A stretch of 46,593 nucleotides of DNA from Abditibacteriaceae bacterium (GTDB lineage Bacteria > Armatimonadota > Abditibacteriia > Abditibacteriales > Abditibacteriaceae). Below, one piece after another: positions 16,148 through 26,033 of the stretch. Position numbers and translations under genes: made by a program. The notes beneath the pieces are model-generated. The model made no database searches. It worked only from the letters and a program-made list of their open reading frames with translations, and had not been told where the DNA came from. The DNA lies in contig JANPJS010000064.1 of assembly GCA_031425655.1 (NCBI GenBank), positions 1 to 46,593 on the forward strand. Direction: 5' to 3'. How positions within the stretch are numbered: position 1 is the stretch's first letter; every line of letters starts with the position of its first letter.

Positions 16148-17155
16148 ATGAAATTAAAATTGCGCCGCATAGTTTTGGTTGCGATGTTTGGCCTTGGCGC
16201 CACTTGGTATATTCTTCACCAAGCTCAAACCTATGCGTTGCCCGGCCAACCTTCGCCACTAACCGTAGAAAAAATCGCAGTCGTCAGGCGGGCGCCAGTA
16301 GCGGAAGGCTTTACTTCCAATATTGAAACGATCCGTGTGCGCATTGCTATCCGCCGTAAGCGACCTTGGCTGCGTAGACAAGATTTCAATATCTGGCGCT
16401 TCAGTGATAGTTACATTGTTGATAATAAGGGCCAAAAGTTCCCGGCTGCTACTCCATTAATCAATGGGAATCCTTTTTTCGCCCAAGGTATAACAGGGCA
16501 ATATAATTTATCTGACTATCCTACAGGATTGGTTTATTTTGAAACCATAATCCCCACGCGCCAATTCGCCGACCACAGCAATTGGACATATGTAACCCAT
16601 CTTGCCTTGAATCAATGCCAACCTATGACAATTAAGACGCCGCTTTTGAAAGGAATTGAATGGACTCAGCATCGCTCGTCGCTATTGAAAATAACCAACA
16701 TCACTGTGTATCCGCCTAACGTCATTGTGAGCTTTTCTACTACAGGCAAAGCGCCCCTCTCGCTGCGTTCTAACGGCATGGGTTCACCTTGGGGCGATAC
16801 CTATCGTTTTAATGGACGAGATTACCTTCCCATTAAAACCGAGCCAAACAAAGTTCGCTTATTCAGTAGCTGGTCAGAGCATCTTGAAGGTCGTATCGGG
16901 AAGTCCTCCTCTACCACAAAAGTTCACGTTTCCGGCAGTTCGTCCTCTTGGAGTAATCGTGTTTGGACAAAAGATGTGAGTTTCGACGAACAGGCCCGAA
17001 CCGGCTCAATACTCTATGAAATCCAAGAAGTTGAAAGTCTTACTTCCAAAGAGCCGTGGTGGTTCGTAGCCAAAATTGGTTTAGAAGGTGATGGGTTCTT
17101 GCCTATCAAAATTCAAGTGCGCGATGCGGCGGGACATTGGCTGACACGCCCATAA
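16148..17155 (+). CDS. Hypothetical membrane-anchored protein, AT-richer than flanks
   Basis: 335-aa ORF filling the intergenic gap; N-terminal hydrophobic anchor; no recognised motif. Confidence 0.65.
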   Translation: MKLKLRRIVLVAMFGLGATWYILHQAQTYALPGQPSPLTVEKIAVVRRAPVAEGFTSNIETIRVRIAIRRKRPWLRRQDFNIWRFSDSYIVDNKGQKFPAATPLINGNPFFAQGITGQYNLSDYPTGLVYFETIIPTRQFADHSNWTYVTHLALNQCQPMTIKTPLLKGIEWTQHRSSLLKITNITVYPPNVIVSFSTTGKAPLSLRSNGMGSPWGDTYRFNGRDYLPIKTEPNKVRLFSSWSEHLEGRIGKSSSTTKVHVSGSSSSWSNRVWTKDVSFDEQARTGSILYEIQEVESLTSKEPWWFVAKIGLEGDGFLPIKIQVRDAAGHWLTRP

Positions 17156-17167
17156 AAGCAAACGCTG

Positions 17168-19681
17168 ATGAAATTGAAGCACTCTTTCATTTTGCCGCTC
17201 TGTGTAGCGCCTTTTTTATTCCTGCCGGTGGCGTGCGCTCAAACTCCCAACACGCAGGCGGCGCAAACGACCGAAAGCTCGCCACAGTTGAAGGGTTACA
17301 CCTTCATTTATCGCGCCGACCGCAAACTCAACTCGGTGGGCATCGCGGGCAATTTCAACAATTGGAATAAAGACGCGAACCCATTGCAGGCCGACGCCGA
17401 TGGACTCACCTGGCGCGCGACGCTGCCTCTGCCTTTTGGAAAATACGCCTACAAGTTCGTCCTCGACGGCGACAATTGGGTCAATGATCCGGCAACCCTG
17501 AGCGAAACCGACGCTGAGGGCAACGCCAATTCGGTCTTGACGCTGACGGCTGCGGGCAACACCAGTGCTATCTCGAACGAAACCACGCTGGGGAACGCGG
17601 ACAAGATCGTGGTTCTCACGCCGGACAAGGTAAAAGAGGGCGATGCAGTCCCGCACACCTTTGTTTATCGCGCCGACAAAAAACTCGAATCGGTCGCCGT
17701 CGCCGGAGAATTTAACGGTTGGAATAAAGACCAAAATTCGCTAAAAGTGGGCGCCGATGGTCTCACATGGCGCCTCACGTTGCCGCTTGGCGTTGGAGGT
17801 TACCAATACAAATTCGTGCTGAACGGCGACAATTGGGTTCTCGACCCGCAAGCACCGCGCGGCTTCACCGAGGCGAACGGCAACGTCAATTCGCTGTTGC
17901 TTGTGGCTCCGCCCGATTACCGCAAGCCTGCCAGTCCAAGCGACGGACAAACGACCGTAAGCGCCTTGCTCCATCAGCAGCGCGTGCCTTATTTGAACTT
18001 TGACCGGGGAAAACTGGCGTTTTCGCTGCGAACGCGCCCAAATGACCTGCGCGGGGTGCGGCTTCAGATCGGCACGCGCAGTTTGCCGATGAAACTCGTC
18101 AAAAGCGACGAGCTTTATGCCCTTTATCGAACCGAAATCGCGTGGGACGAAAAAACCAGTCTTTCCTACCGCTTTGAACTGCGGGACGGCTCGCGCGTGC
18201 AAACCTTCGGCGCGAACGGCTTGAAGGCGCCGAGTCAACCCTTTCAAATCACCGCCAAAACTTTCCAGCCTTTTGCGGTGCCGGAGTGGGTGGAGAAAAC
18301 GATTTTCTACCAAATTTTCCCCGACCGCTTTGAAAACGGTGATAAAACCAACGATCCGCCGAAACTCGCGGCGTGGGATTCGGTTCCGACGGGCAGCAGC
18401 CGCTTTGGAGGCGATGTCGCCGGAGTGCAAAAGCGTTTGTCATATCTGAAAGATTTAGGGATTTCGGGCGTGTATTTCAACCCTATTTTCAAATCGCCCT
18501 CCAACCACCGCTACGATGCCGAAGATTTCAAGCAAATTGACCCGGAATTCGGCACCAACACCCAGTTCGTTGCCTTAACGAACGCATTAAAGGCCCAAAA
18601 AATCCGCACCGTCATGGACTTTGTCTTCAACCACACAGCGACCACCTTTGCGCCCTTTGCCGATGTGCGGAAAAACGGCGCGGCTTCGCCTTACAAGGAT
18701 TGGTTTCTCATCAAATTCTTTCCCGTGCGGGTGCAAAACCCGCCCAATTACATCGCTTGGGGTAACTTCGCGGCGATGCCCAGGCTGAACCTGATGAATC
18801 CTCAGACCGGCGATTATATGCTGAACCTCGTCAACTTCTGGAAAAAAGAAGTTCCACTCGCGGGACTGCGCCTCGATGTGGCCGATGAAGTTGATATTCG
18901 TTTCTGGCGGCAGCTCCGAACGCGGGTCAAAGCTCTCGATCCGCAAACCTGGATCGTGGGCGAGCGCTGGAACGATGCCGCGCCGTGGCTGCAAGGAGAC
19001 CAGTGGGATGCGGCGATGAACTACCCGTTTCTCTTTGCCAACGTGGATTTCTTCGCCGAAGGCAAAACCTCGGCCTCGCAATTCACGCGGCGCCTGATGG
19101 AAATTTACAATGCTTATCCGCCGCAAGTGTCGCGCAACCTGATGAACCTCTTGTCCAGCCACGACCGACCGCGTTTTCTGACGGTCGCCCGCAACGACGC
19201 GCGTTTGCAGCAATTGGCGGCCACGGTTCAATTCACCTGGGTGGGCGCGCCTTCGATTTACTACGGCGAAGAAATCGGCATGGAAGGCGGCGCCGACCCC
19301 GACAACCGGCGCGGCATGGAGTGGAACAAAGCCACGCCCGACAACCCGATGCTGCGCTTTTACCAGCGCCTCATCGCGCTTCGCAACCAAAGCCGCGCTC
19401 TTCAATCGGGCGACCCGGCCATTCTGCTTGCGGACGACGCCGCCAAAACGCTCGCTTATTCTCGCACGCTGGGCGACGATCTGGCGATTGTAGCCATAAA
19501 TCGCTCGAATCAAGCGCAAACAGTGACCATTGCGCTGCCTCAAAGCGCGGCTCTCACCAAAACTCGCCCGCGCGGTTTGACCGATGCTTTGAGCGGCAAA
19601 GTGATTCCAATAGGAAACGCGGCCACGTTGAAAATAGAATTGGCTCCTTTGTCGTCCGCGATTTTGCTGCCGCTGAAATAA
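17168..19681 (+). CDS. Secreted GH13 alpha-glycosidase (neopullulanase/cyclomaltodextrinase-like) with two CBM48 domains
   Basis: Signal peptide; two GxFNxW..YxYKFV..GxxW..DP repeats; YQIFPDRF, VFNH, RLDVA, GE, SSHD, YYGEEIG. Confidence 0.92.
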   Translation: MKLKHSFILPLCVAPFLFLPVACAQTPNTQAAQTTESSPQLKGYTFIYRADRKLNSVGIAGNFNNWNKDANPLQADADGLTWRATLPLPFGKYAYKFVLDGDNWVNDPATLSETDAEGNANSVLTLTAAGNTSAISNETTLGNADKIVVLTPDKVKEGDAVPHTFVYRADKKLESVAVAGEFNGWNKDQNSLKVGADGLTWRLTLPLGVGGYQYKFVLNGDNWVLDPQAPRGFTEANGNVNSLLLVAPPDYRKPASPSDGQTTVSALLHQQRVPYLNFDRGKLAFSLRTRPNDLRGVRLQIGTRSLPMKLVKSDELYALYRTEIAWDEKTSLSYRFELRDGSRVQTFGANGLKAPSQPFQITAKTFQPFAVPEWVEKTIFYQIFPDRFENGDKTNDPPKLAAWDSVPTGSSRFGGDVAGVQKRLSYLKDLGISGVYFNPIFKSPSNHRYDAEDFKQIDPEFGTNTQFVALTNALKAQKIRTVMDFVFNHTATTFAPFADVRKNGAASPYKDWFLIKFFPVRVQNPPNYIAWGNFAAMPRLNLMNPQTGDYMLNLVNFWKKEVPLAGLRLDVADEVDIRFWRQLRTRVKALDPQTWIVGERWNDAAPWLQGDQWDAAMNYPFLFANVDFFAEGKTSASQFTRRLMEIYNAYPPQVSRNLMNLLSSHDRPRFLTVARNDARLQQLAATVQFTWVGAPSIYYGEEIGMEGGADPDNRRGMEWNKATPDNPMLRFYQRLIALRNQSRALQSGDPAILLADDAAKTLAYSRTLGDDLAIVAINRSNQAQTVTIALPQSAALTKTRPRGLTDALSGKVIPIGNAATLKIELAPLSSAILLPLK

Positions 19682-19742
19682 GCGTTGCAAACGCCCGCGC
19701 GATGCGGCGAGACGTTGGATGACACCATCATAAAGGCAAACG

Positions 19743-20147
19743 ATGACTAAAACCGGCCTGATTCAAAGCATTTCGGAACTGGCGTTGTGGGTAGAAAATG
19801 TCGAGCGCGCCACGCAGTTTTATAGCGAGCATCTCGGCTTTGAAATCGAAAGCGTGGACGCGGGACGCAACGCTTTTTTGCGTAGCGGCGATTTTTTGCT
19901 GGTGCTTTTCAATCCGCGCGACCCCGGCACCGCACTGGCGAGCGATTATCTTGCGCGCACCGGCGGGCCGCGCGGCGGCGTGTATCACGCGGCTTTTCGC
20001 ATCGAAGCGCAAGAATTGGACGGCTTCGCCGATGGTTTGCGCGCAGCCGGTTTGGCCGTCAAAGGCCCGGTCGAATTCGCCACCGGACGCCGCTCGTATT
20101 TCATCGAAGACCCCGACGACCATTATCTCGAACTCACCGACCGCTAA
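19743..20147 (+). CDS. VOC/glyoxalase family protein
   Basis: LAL.VEN.ERA..FY...LG, H.AF, YF.EDPD.H.LEL. Confidence 0.88.
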   Translation: MTKTGLIQSISELALWVENVERATQFYSEHLGFEIESVDAGRNAFLRSGDFLLVLFNPRDPGTALASDYLARTGGPRGGVYHAAFRIEAQELDGFADGLRAAGLAVKGPVEFATGRRSYFIEDPDDHYLELTDR

Positions 20148-20344
20148 GAAGCAGTCTGAGAAGTTCCCTCTCCCCTTTTGGGGAGGGTGAGGGTGAGGGG
20201 TAAGTAGCGAAGCGGCTCGGAGCATCAGGTTTTAAGAACCGCTTCGCGGTTCGACCCCTCACCACCGACATTCTCAACCATACAAAGGCACCCGTCTCCC
20301 CAAAAGGGGAGAGGAGCCACGCTACCCACTTTTCAGACTCTCTC
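20148..20344. repeat. Nested element: AGTCTGA(G/A)AAGT shell enclosing a CCCTC/GAGGG element
   Basis: Shell 20148-20164 / 20328-20344; inner CCCTCTCCCCTTTTGGGGAGGG / CTCCCCAAAAGGGGAGAGG; lies between convergent stop codons. Confidence 0.75.
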
Positions 20345-21652
20345 TCAGGTCACGCCTTCGTTGGCTACGGGGTCTAATGGTGAATTGGCGCAGTTTTGAG
20401 ACAAATTCTTGTCGGGAGCGGGATGAACTTGGCTGAGTGTCTGAAGGGTCTCGTAGAATTGCTTTTCGATGCACGCGATGGAGTATTTCGCCACGCACGC
20501 ACGCCGCGCGGCGGCTCCCATCCGAGCCGCAGTGTCAGGCGAGGCGTGCAAGGTGGAAAGCGCCTCAACCAAGCCGGCAACGTCGCTATGATTGACACGA
20601 ATGCCGCAACCAACTTCTTCCAAAACCTGCGCGACTTCCGAGTCGCGAGCGACTATTGCCACAGTGGGCCGCCCGGATGCCATGATGTTGTAGAACTTAC
20701 TGGGCACTCCCAAACCTTCGGCGCCTGCCTCCAACGCGACCAGCGATACGTCCGCTGAGGCCAGCATATCCGAAAAGTCGTCGTCGGCCACGAATGGGAA
20801 CATTTGAACGTTGGTGATTTCTTCGTTGGCGATGCGCTCAGCAATATACTGCCGGCGCATACCGTCGCCGACGAAAACGAATTGCATGGCTGGTTCCTGA
20901 TCGCGCAGTATTTTCGCGGCGTCTAAAATGGCATCGAAGTTTTGGTGCCAGCCGAAGTTGCCCGCCCACAAAACCACGAAACCTTCGAGGTTCTGAGCCG
21001 CACGAAACCTTGTGTCTTTTTCCAGCGGTGTCACACGCTCGGTGTCGGCGCCCACAGGAATGACCTGGATTCTATCGGCAGAAATGGCGTAATGCCGATT
21101 CAAATAGTCGGCCATGCAACGCCCCAAAACGATGACTTTGGCCGCGCTGTGCAACCACGCTTTTTGCTGGCGCCTGATGATTGCGGCCACGCGCGATTGG
21201 CGCCGCAGCACGTTAACCGCCATGGCAATGTCGGGATACAAATCGTAAATCAAATACGCGTAGGGTTTGCCGGTCAGGCGCTTGTAAAATTTGGCGGCAG
21301 CGGCTAAGGGCGGCGGCGCGGTTGTCACCAAAAGCGCGTCGTAGCGTGGAAGCGACATGAGTTTCCTCAAGACCGACTTGGTGAATCGCATATTGGCCGT
21401 CAGGCGGCGGCGCGTGGTTGAAGTGTTTACAAGAGGCGAATCAACGCGGAAGATACGAATGCCGTTCCAGTCCTCGTAAGCCGGAAGCAAACTCGGCGTC
21501 TCCTGACTTCGATAAAGATGGCGGCTGGTTATCACGTCAATTTCTAAGTCGGGATAGCTATCCTTCAAATGCCGGATGAGCTGTGTTAACACAGTGCCCG
21601 TGCCGCCCGTGCTGTCAGGATAGAAATACTCGCTCAATAAACAAATTTTCAT
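20345..21652 (-). CDS. GT4 glycosyltransferase (WbuB/WcaI-like)
   Basis: SEYFYPD, DLYPD, AGNFG, VPSKFY..MASGRP. Confidence 0.9.
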   Translation of the reverse strand: MKICLLSEYFYPDSTGGTGTVLTQLIRHLKDSYPDLEIDVITSRHLYRSQETPSLLPAYEDWNGIRIFRVDSPLVNTSTTRRRLTANMRFTKSVLRKLMSLPRYDALLVTTAPPPLAAAAKFYKRLTGKPYAYLIYDLYPDIAMAVNVLRRQSRVAAIIRRQQKAWLHSAAKVIVLGRCMADYLNRHYAISADRIQVIPVGADTERVTPLEKDTRFRAAQNLEGFVVLWAGNFGWHQNFDAILDAAKILRDQEPAMQFVFVGDGMRRQYIAERIANEEITNVQMFPFVADDDFSDMLASADVSLVALEAGAEGLGVPSKFYNIMASGRPTVAIVARDSEVAQVLEEVGCGIRVNHSDVAGLVEALSTLHASPDTAARMGAAARRACVAKYSIACIEKQFYETLQTLSQVHPAPDKNLSQNCANSPLDPVANEGVT

Positions 21653-21697
21653 AGGGAAAAGGCGGCCTTGAAATTCCAGCACTCGTCGAGAATTTTT

Positions 21698-22399
21698 CTA
21701 TCGCTGCGCCGGAACGCGAAGCGGCAAAGGCTCCAAACTTGAGCCATTCAAGTCTAAGGCCTCGGTCGCGGTGTTGGCACACTCGTCGGGATCGGCGAAA
21801 CGCGCGTTGATTTGGCTTTGAATGATGCGCGGCTTGATCGCCGTCGCCGGATTGCCGGCGTGGATCATATAAGGCTTGGCATTTTGTGACAGCACCCCAC
21901 CGGCAGCCAGCACGGCATGGCTGGAAACCACAACGCCGGGCAAAACCGTGGCTCCGGCGCCGATCCAGGCGCCGTCCTCGATTTCGATGGGACGCACCAG
22001 CAGGCCAAAGCCCGGATCAGTCCAGTCGTGGTTGCCGGTGCAAAGATAAGCGCCCTGCGAAATGCAAACGTGTGAACCGATGCGGATCTGGACTAAAGAG
22101 TCAAGCCAAACTTTCTCGCCGATCCACACATGGTCGCCGATGTCCAGATGCCAGGGATATTTGACGTTAATGCCCGGTTTCAGCACTACGCCGCGTCCGA
22201 TGCGCGCTCCAAAGCAGCGCAAGGCCCACACTTTCAAACGCGAAGAAACATTCAGAGGGTTTTGCAAGACCACGACATTCACGAGGTGCCATAACATACG
22301 GCAAATGAAGCCGCGCTGTGGCGAATACCAGGAATTGTCGTAAAGCGAGAGATCAACTTGAGGCTTAAGATGGGATTGGCTTGGAGTTTCCGTCATCAT
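21698..22399 (-). CDS. wcaF: WcaF-family polysaccharide O-acetyltransferase
   Basis: DLS.YDN..Y, FGARIG, KYPW.L.IGD.VWIGE, SQGAYLCTGNHD. Confidence 0.88.
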   Translation of the reverse strand: MMTETPSQSHLKPQVDLSLYDNSWYSPQRGFICRMLWHLVNVVVLQNPLNVSSRLKVWALRCFGARIGRGVVLKPGINVKYPWHLDIGDHVWIGEKVWLDSLVQIRIGSHVCISQGAYLCTGNHDWTDPGFGLLVRPIEIEDGAWIGAGATVLPGVVVSSHAVLAAGGVLSQNAKPYMIHAGNPATAIKPRIIQSQINARFADPDECANTATEALDLNGSSLEPLPLRVPAQR

Positions 22400-22500
22400 C
22401 CTCCTGCTTTGCGCCGCGCTTGCGGCGTATGAAATTCAGTTCAGCAATTCCGTGTCTCTAACTCTTCTGCTCGCGCTTATTATAACTGAATGCTCCAAAG

Positions 22501-22523
22501 CTGGCAGGACTTCAGCCTGCCAG
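22501..22523. repeat. Small REP-like hairpin
   Basis: CTGGCAGG-ACTTCAG-CCTGCCAG. Confidence 0.5.
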
Positions 22524-22682
22524 GGCAAACGCATAGGAGAAAGAAAGATATCTGAGTCTCTGCTCCCGAAGGTGGCGACGCCAAGAAGACGAAGTTTCGG
22601 CAAACGCGAGTGCTGCGACTTGTGAGTTGCAACGCTTCAGCAACTGTGCAGTATTGAATTCACAGGGACTAAAAGACAATTA

Positions 22683-22711
22683 AGGTTAAGACGGATTAAG
22701 AGGAAAGTCAA
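22683..22711 (-). promoter_or_regulatory. Putative sigma70 promoter for wcaF-GT4
   Basis: TTGACT-N17-TAACCT on the minus strand. Confidence 0.5.
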
Positions 22712-22725
22712 CAAAACTCGCTGCT

Positions 22726-23769
22726 CTATGCGTCCATCGGCTGGTTGAGAACCTGTTGATAAGCATCGAGATAACGCGGGGCTAAAGTGTCCCAGTGAAA
22801 GCCTTGCCAGGCCCAATCGGCCAGCGAAGCGCGTTGCTCCAACGTCCAGCGTTTCGCCAGCGCGTTTAGCAGCGCTCGCTCGACAGCATCAACGCGCGGC
22901 TCTGCGATAAAGCAGCCTTGCTCTTGCAAAGGGCGCGACCACGGCGTGGTCGTGGTGGACAAAACCGGAGTGCCGACCTGACAGGCTTCCAAAATCGCCA
23001 GACCGAAATTCTCCGAGTGTGTCGGCAGGCAAAACAAATCGGCGCCCTGAAAATACTTCCATCGCTCGTCGCCCCACACCTCGCCGATCCATTCTATGGG
23101 CGGCAACTCGCTTTGCCGGCGGCGCGCCAGTTCCTGCACCGAAGCAATATAAGCCGCATCGCCGCCACCCACTACGGTTAAATGCATATCCGCCGGCAGA
23201 CGGCCTTGCAGATTAGCCAGAGCGTGCAGCAACAAATCCAGTCCCTTTTTGCGGTGAATTCTGGATAAAAACAGCAGGCGCCATTGGTGCGGCTGCCAGC
23301 CCAACGCGGCACGCGCCGCCGCATAATCGGGCCGCGCCTGCCCGGTTAATCCTAAAGGCAGCACCAAAATGTTTTGCCTCGGCGCGAATCGCCGCAGTTG
23401 CTCGGCCTCGCTTTCGCCGGTTGCCATCAGGCATTGTGCAAGGTCGAGGTTCTTTTTTTCCACGCCTTGAAAATAAAGCCATTTTTTCCACCATTTGTGA
23501 CGCCACGCCCATGGCTCCAGCATACCGTGCGGCGAAACAATGTAACGGATGCCCCGTGCGCGGCATTGCCTCATCACAGAGGCGTGAGCCGGCTGCCACA
23601 AGCCGTGAAAATGCGCCAGACACTCATCGCGCGCGATTTTGTCAGGCAGAGGCGCGTTGATTTCCACGGCGCAGCCCGCCGTTTGCAAAGCGGCGCGCAT
23701 TCCCTGAATCGCGGCATCCAACCCGCCGACTTTCTGCGCGGGAGGCGGCTCGTAAAAGTAAATCGTCAC
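22726..23769 (-). CDS. GT4 glycosyltransferase
   Basis: HFHGLW, SPHGML.PW, LSRIH.KKG, ENFGLAILEA. Confidence 0.9.
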   Translation of the reverse strand: MTIYFYEPPPAQKVGGLDAAIQGMRAALQTAGCAVEINAPLPDKIARDECLAHFHGLWQPAHASVMRQCRARGIRYIVSPHGMLEPWAWRHKWWKKWLYFQGVEKKNLDLAQCLMATGESEAEQLRRFAPRQNILVLPLGLTGQARPDYAAARAALGWQPHQWRLLFLSRIHRKKGLDLLLHALANLQGRLPADMHLTVVGGGDAAYIASVQELARRRQSELPPIEWIGEVWGDERWKYFQGADLFCLPTHSENFGLAILEACQVGTPVLSTTTTPWSRPLQEQGCFIAEPRVDAVERALLNALAKRWTLEQRASLADWAWQGFHWDTLAPRYLDAYQQVLNQPMDA

Positions 23770-24974
23770 CGGCGTGCCTCTACGGCGGCTTCGAGGTTTT
23801 GTGCGTAATGCCGCAGCGAAAATCGGCGCGCCGTAAGAAGGGCTTGGCGCGACATCTCGTTGAGCAGGCGGCGGTCGCCGTCGAGCTGCGCGATGGCCGC
23901 AGCCAGCGCCGCACTGTCGCCGGCGGGAACAATTAGACCATCCTCGCCTGCGCTGATCACTTCGCCGCAGTGAGGCGTGGCAACTACGGGCAGGCCGTGC
24001 GCCATGGCTTCCAACTGCGTGATGGCGAAACCGTCGGAAAGTGTCGGCAAAACGAAGACATCGGCCTGTCTGTAAAAGCCGGCAGCTTGATCGCGTGTTA
24101 CGCGGCCCACGAACTTTACGTTGGGCGGCGCACTATTCACGGCTTCGGGAGCAATGTGAATCGGCCCGGCCACGATAAAAGCAACTGTGGGCAATGCTTT
24201 CGCGGCCTCGATGAGATAAGGAATGCCTTTGCGTAAAGTGACGCTGCCCAACCATAACACAGTGAGTGGCCCCGCCAGTCGTTCGCGTGCCGCAACCACG
24301 CCGGCAGACGGCTCGTAGGCCAACGGCACGACGGCGATTTTACTTTTCGGCACGCCCTGACGCACTAAAGCTGCTTGCGACCACGCCGAATTGACCACCA
24401 CGAACGTTGCGGCGTGCCACTCGGCGGCTAATCGCTCCCAGTAGACCTCTGGAACGCGGCCCGGCAAGGTTTCCCAATCCGGCCAGCGTTTGGCTTCTTC
24501 GCGCACGATTTCCTCTTCAACTCGCGCAGGGTCAATTTGATCCACTACGGTCAGCAGTCCGCGTTCTCCAAGCGATTGCAGGGTTTCCAGACAGCCGGTG
24601 TTATAGCCAAAAAACGCAGTCGTGGCAGGATTCGGGGGCTGTTGTTGCAGATGGCGATTGACCCGTTCGGCGAAATCGCGCCCGACGCGTAAATATTCGA
24701 GGTGCGCCGCTTCGACGGTTGGCGGCGCGCTTCGCCGTTGCGCCCGCAGCGCGGCGAACGTGAAGGCGACAACTTTATCGGGCGGCAAATCGGCATGGCG
24801 GCGTGCCGCCAGCGCACGCAACGGCACGGGGCCGCGCCGCAGCAAAGATGCCCCTCGACGGCACCAGGCATCGGTGTAAAGCCGGCACAAGCTGCCTTGC
24901 TGTTCCAGAGCGCGCGGCACCGCGTAATGCTCGCGCGCTCCAATTTGCGAAACGATCCATTGCAAATCAGCCAT
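23766..24974 (-). CDS. GT4 glycosyltransferase
   Basis: GAREHY, RKGIPYL, DGFAITQLEAMAHGLPV. Confidence 0.9.
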   Translation of the reverse strand: MADLQWIVSQIGAREHYAVPRALEQQGSLCRLYTDAWCRRGASLLRRGPVPLRALAARRHADLPPDKVVAFTFAALRAQRRSAPPTVEAAHLEYLRVGRDFAERVNRHLQQQPPNPATTAFFGYNTGCLETLQSLGERGLLTVVDQIDPARVEEEIVREEAKRWPDWETLPGRVPEVYWERLAAEWHAATFVVVNSAWSQAALVRQGVPKSKIAVVPLAYEPSAGVVAARERLAGPLTVLWLGSVTLRKGIPYLIEAAKALPTVAFIVAGPIHIAPEAVNSAPPNVKFVGRVTRDQAAGFYRQADVFVLPTLSDGFAITQLEAMAHGLPVVATPHCGEVISAGEDGLIVPAGDSAALAAAIAQLDGDRRLLNEMSRQALLTARRFSLRHYAQNLEAAVEARR

Positions 24975-25938
24975 GAAAATTGTCCGATTCCTGCCCGGCT
25001 ACATTTCGCAACGGCGGCAGTCGCGCTTCGATTTCGTCAAGAGGCACCGCGCCGCGCTTTTTCAATTCTCTACTGAGACGATACACCTCGCGGCTGACGG
25101 GACGGCGCTTGCGCCATTCGCGCAGGCAAGCGGCATAGCCGCGCAAAATGCCGCGCATGCCCAACCACGGGTGACCGATTTTGATGGTGTGGCGCAGGCA
25201 CAGCACCGTTGTGCCGAGTAAATGGGCCGCGAGATGCGGTGTCGGCACGTGCTGCCATGCATAAAGCACATGATTGCGCGGCCCTAATTCGTGCAGTCGC
25301 CGCAGGTTGCGAATTGGCGATTCATGGTGCTGTAAGGCATCGGCAACGCCCAAGCGCACCACATAACCGGCATCCAACAGACGAATGGATAAATCGGGTT
25401 CCTCAACGTGCATAAAATATAAGGCTTCGTAGCCGCCCACTTGCAAAAACGCCTCGCGACGAAAAGCGACCATGCCGCCGTAAAAATCGTAAGCGGCATA
25501 AATCTTATCTTTAGACGGAGCAGCGGAGAGGGTTTTGGGCGATTGCAAAATGTTGATGAAAGGAATCGTGACCGCGCCAACGCGTGGGTGGTCGAACGCC
25601 TCTAACGTTTGCGCGACGGTGTGCGGCGACGGCATTGTTACGTCGTCGTCAATGGTGAGTAGGATGGCGGAAGTGGCTAAGGCCGCGCCGCGATTGCGTT
25701 GAACCGTTGGCCCACGCGATTGCTCGTCGCGCAACAAACGCACACCCGGAAATTTTTGGCGCACTTCGTCCGCCGTTCCATCCGTTGAGCCGTCATCCAA
25801 CACCAAAATCTCCAACGCCACGCTTTGCCGCAGCAGCGAAGCCAACGTTTCACACAAAATCTCCTTACGATTTTTCGTTGGAATGACCACAGTAGCCGAT
25901 ATGAGGGGATTCATCTTAGGAAATGAACTGGGTGTCAT
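24967..25938 (-). CDS. GT2 glycosyltransferase
   Basis: VVIPTKNR, LDDGSTD, RNRG, IDDD, EEPDL. Confidence 0.88.
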   Translation of the reverse strand: MTPSSFPKMNPLISATVVIPTKNRKEILCETLASLLRQSVALEILVLDDGSTDGTADEVRQKFPGVRLLRDEQSRGPTVQRNRGAALATSAILLTIDDDVTMPSPHTVAQTLEAFDHPRVGAVTIPFINILQSPKTLSAAPSKDKIYAAYDFYGGMVAFRREAFLQVGGYEALYFMHVEEPDLSIRLLDAGYVVRLGVADALQHHESPIRNLRRLHELGPRNHVLYAWQHVPTPHLAAHLLGTTVLCLRHTIKIGHPWLGMRGILRGYAACLREWRKRRPVSREVYRLSRELKKRGAVPLDEIEARLPPLRNVAGQESDNFHG

Positions 25939-26033
25939 AATCAATTTACTTTAGGCATTTATATTGGACGTATGGAACAAGCATTTTATGCTGCAAAAGT
26001 CGGTTTCCATCCGCCAAGTATGCAAATGCCTAT

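Noticed and set aside
18587..19690. 367-aa antisense ORF, representative of many shadow ORFs
   Set aside because: It mirrors the GH13 gene, as expected from GC-rich codon bias, and has no motifs.
22521..22600. CAGGGCAAAC resembling the start of a c-di-GMP-I riboswitch
   Set aside because: It is on the strand opposite the downstream gene, and the paired GAAA stem and GACGCAAAG core are missing.
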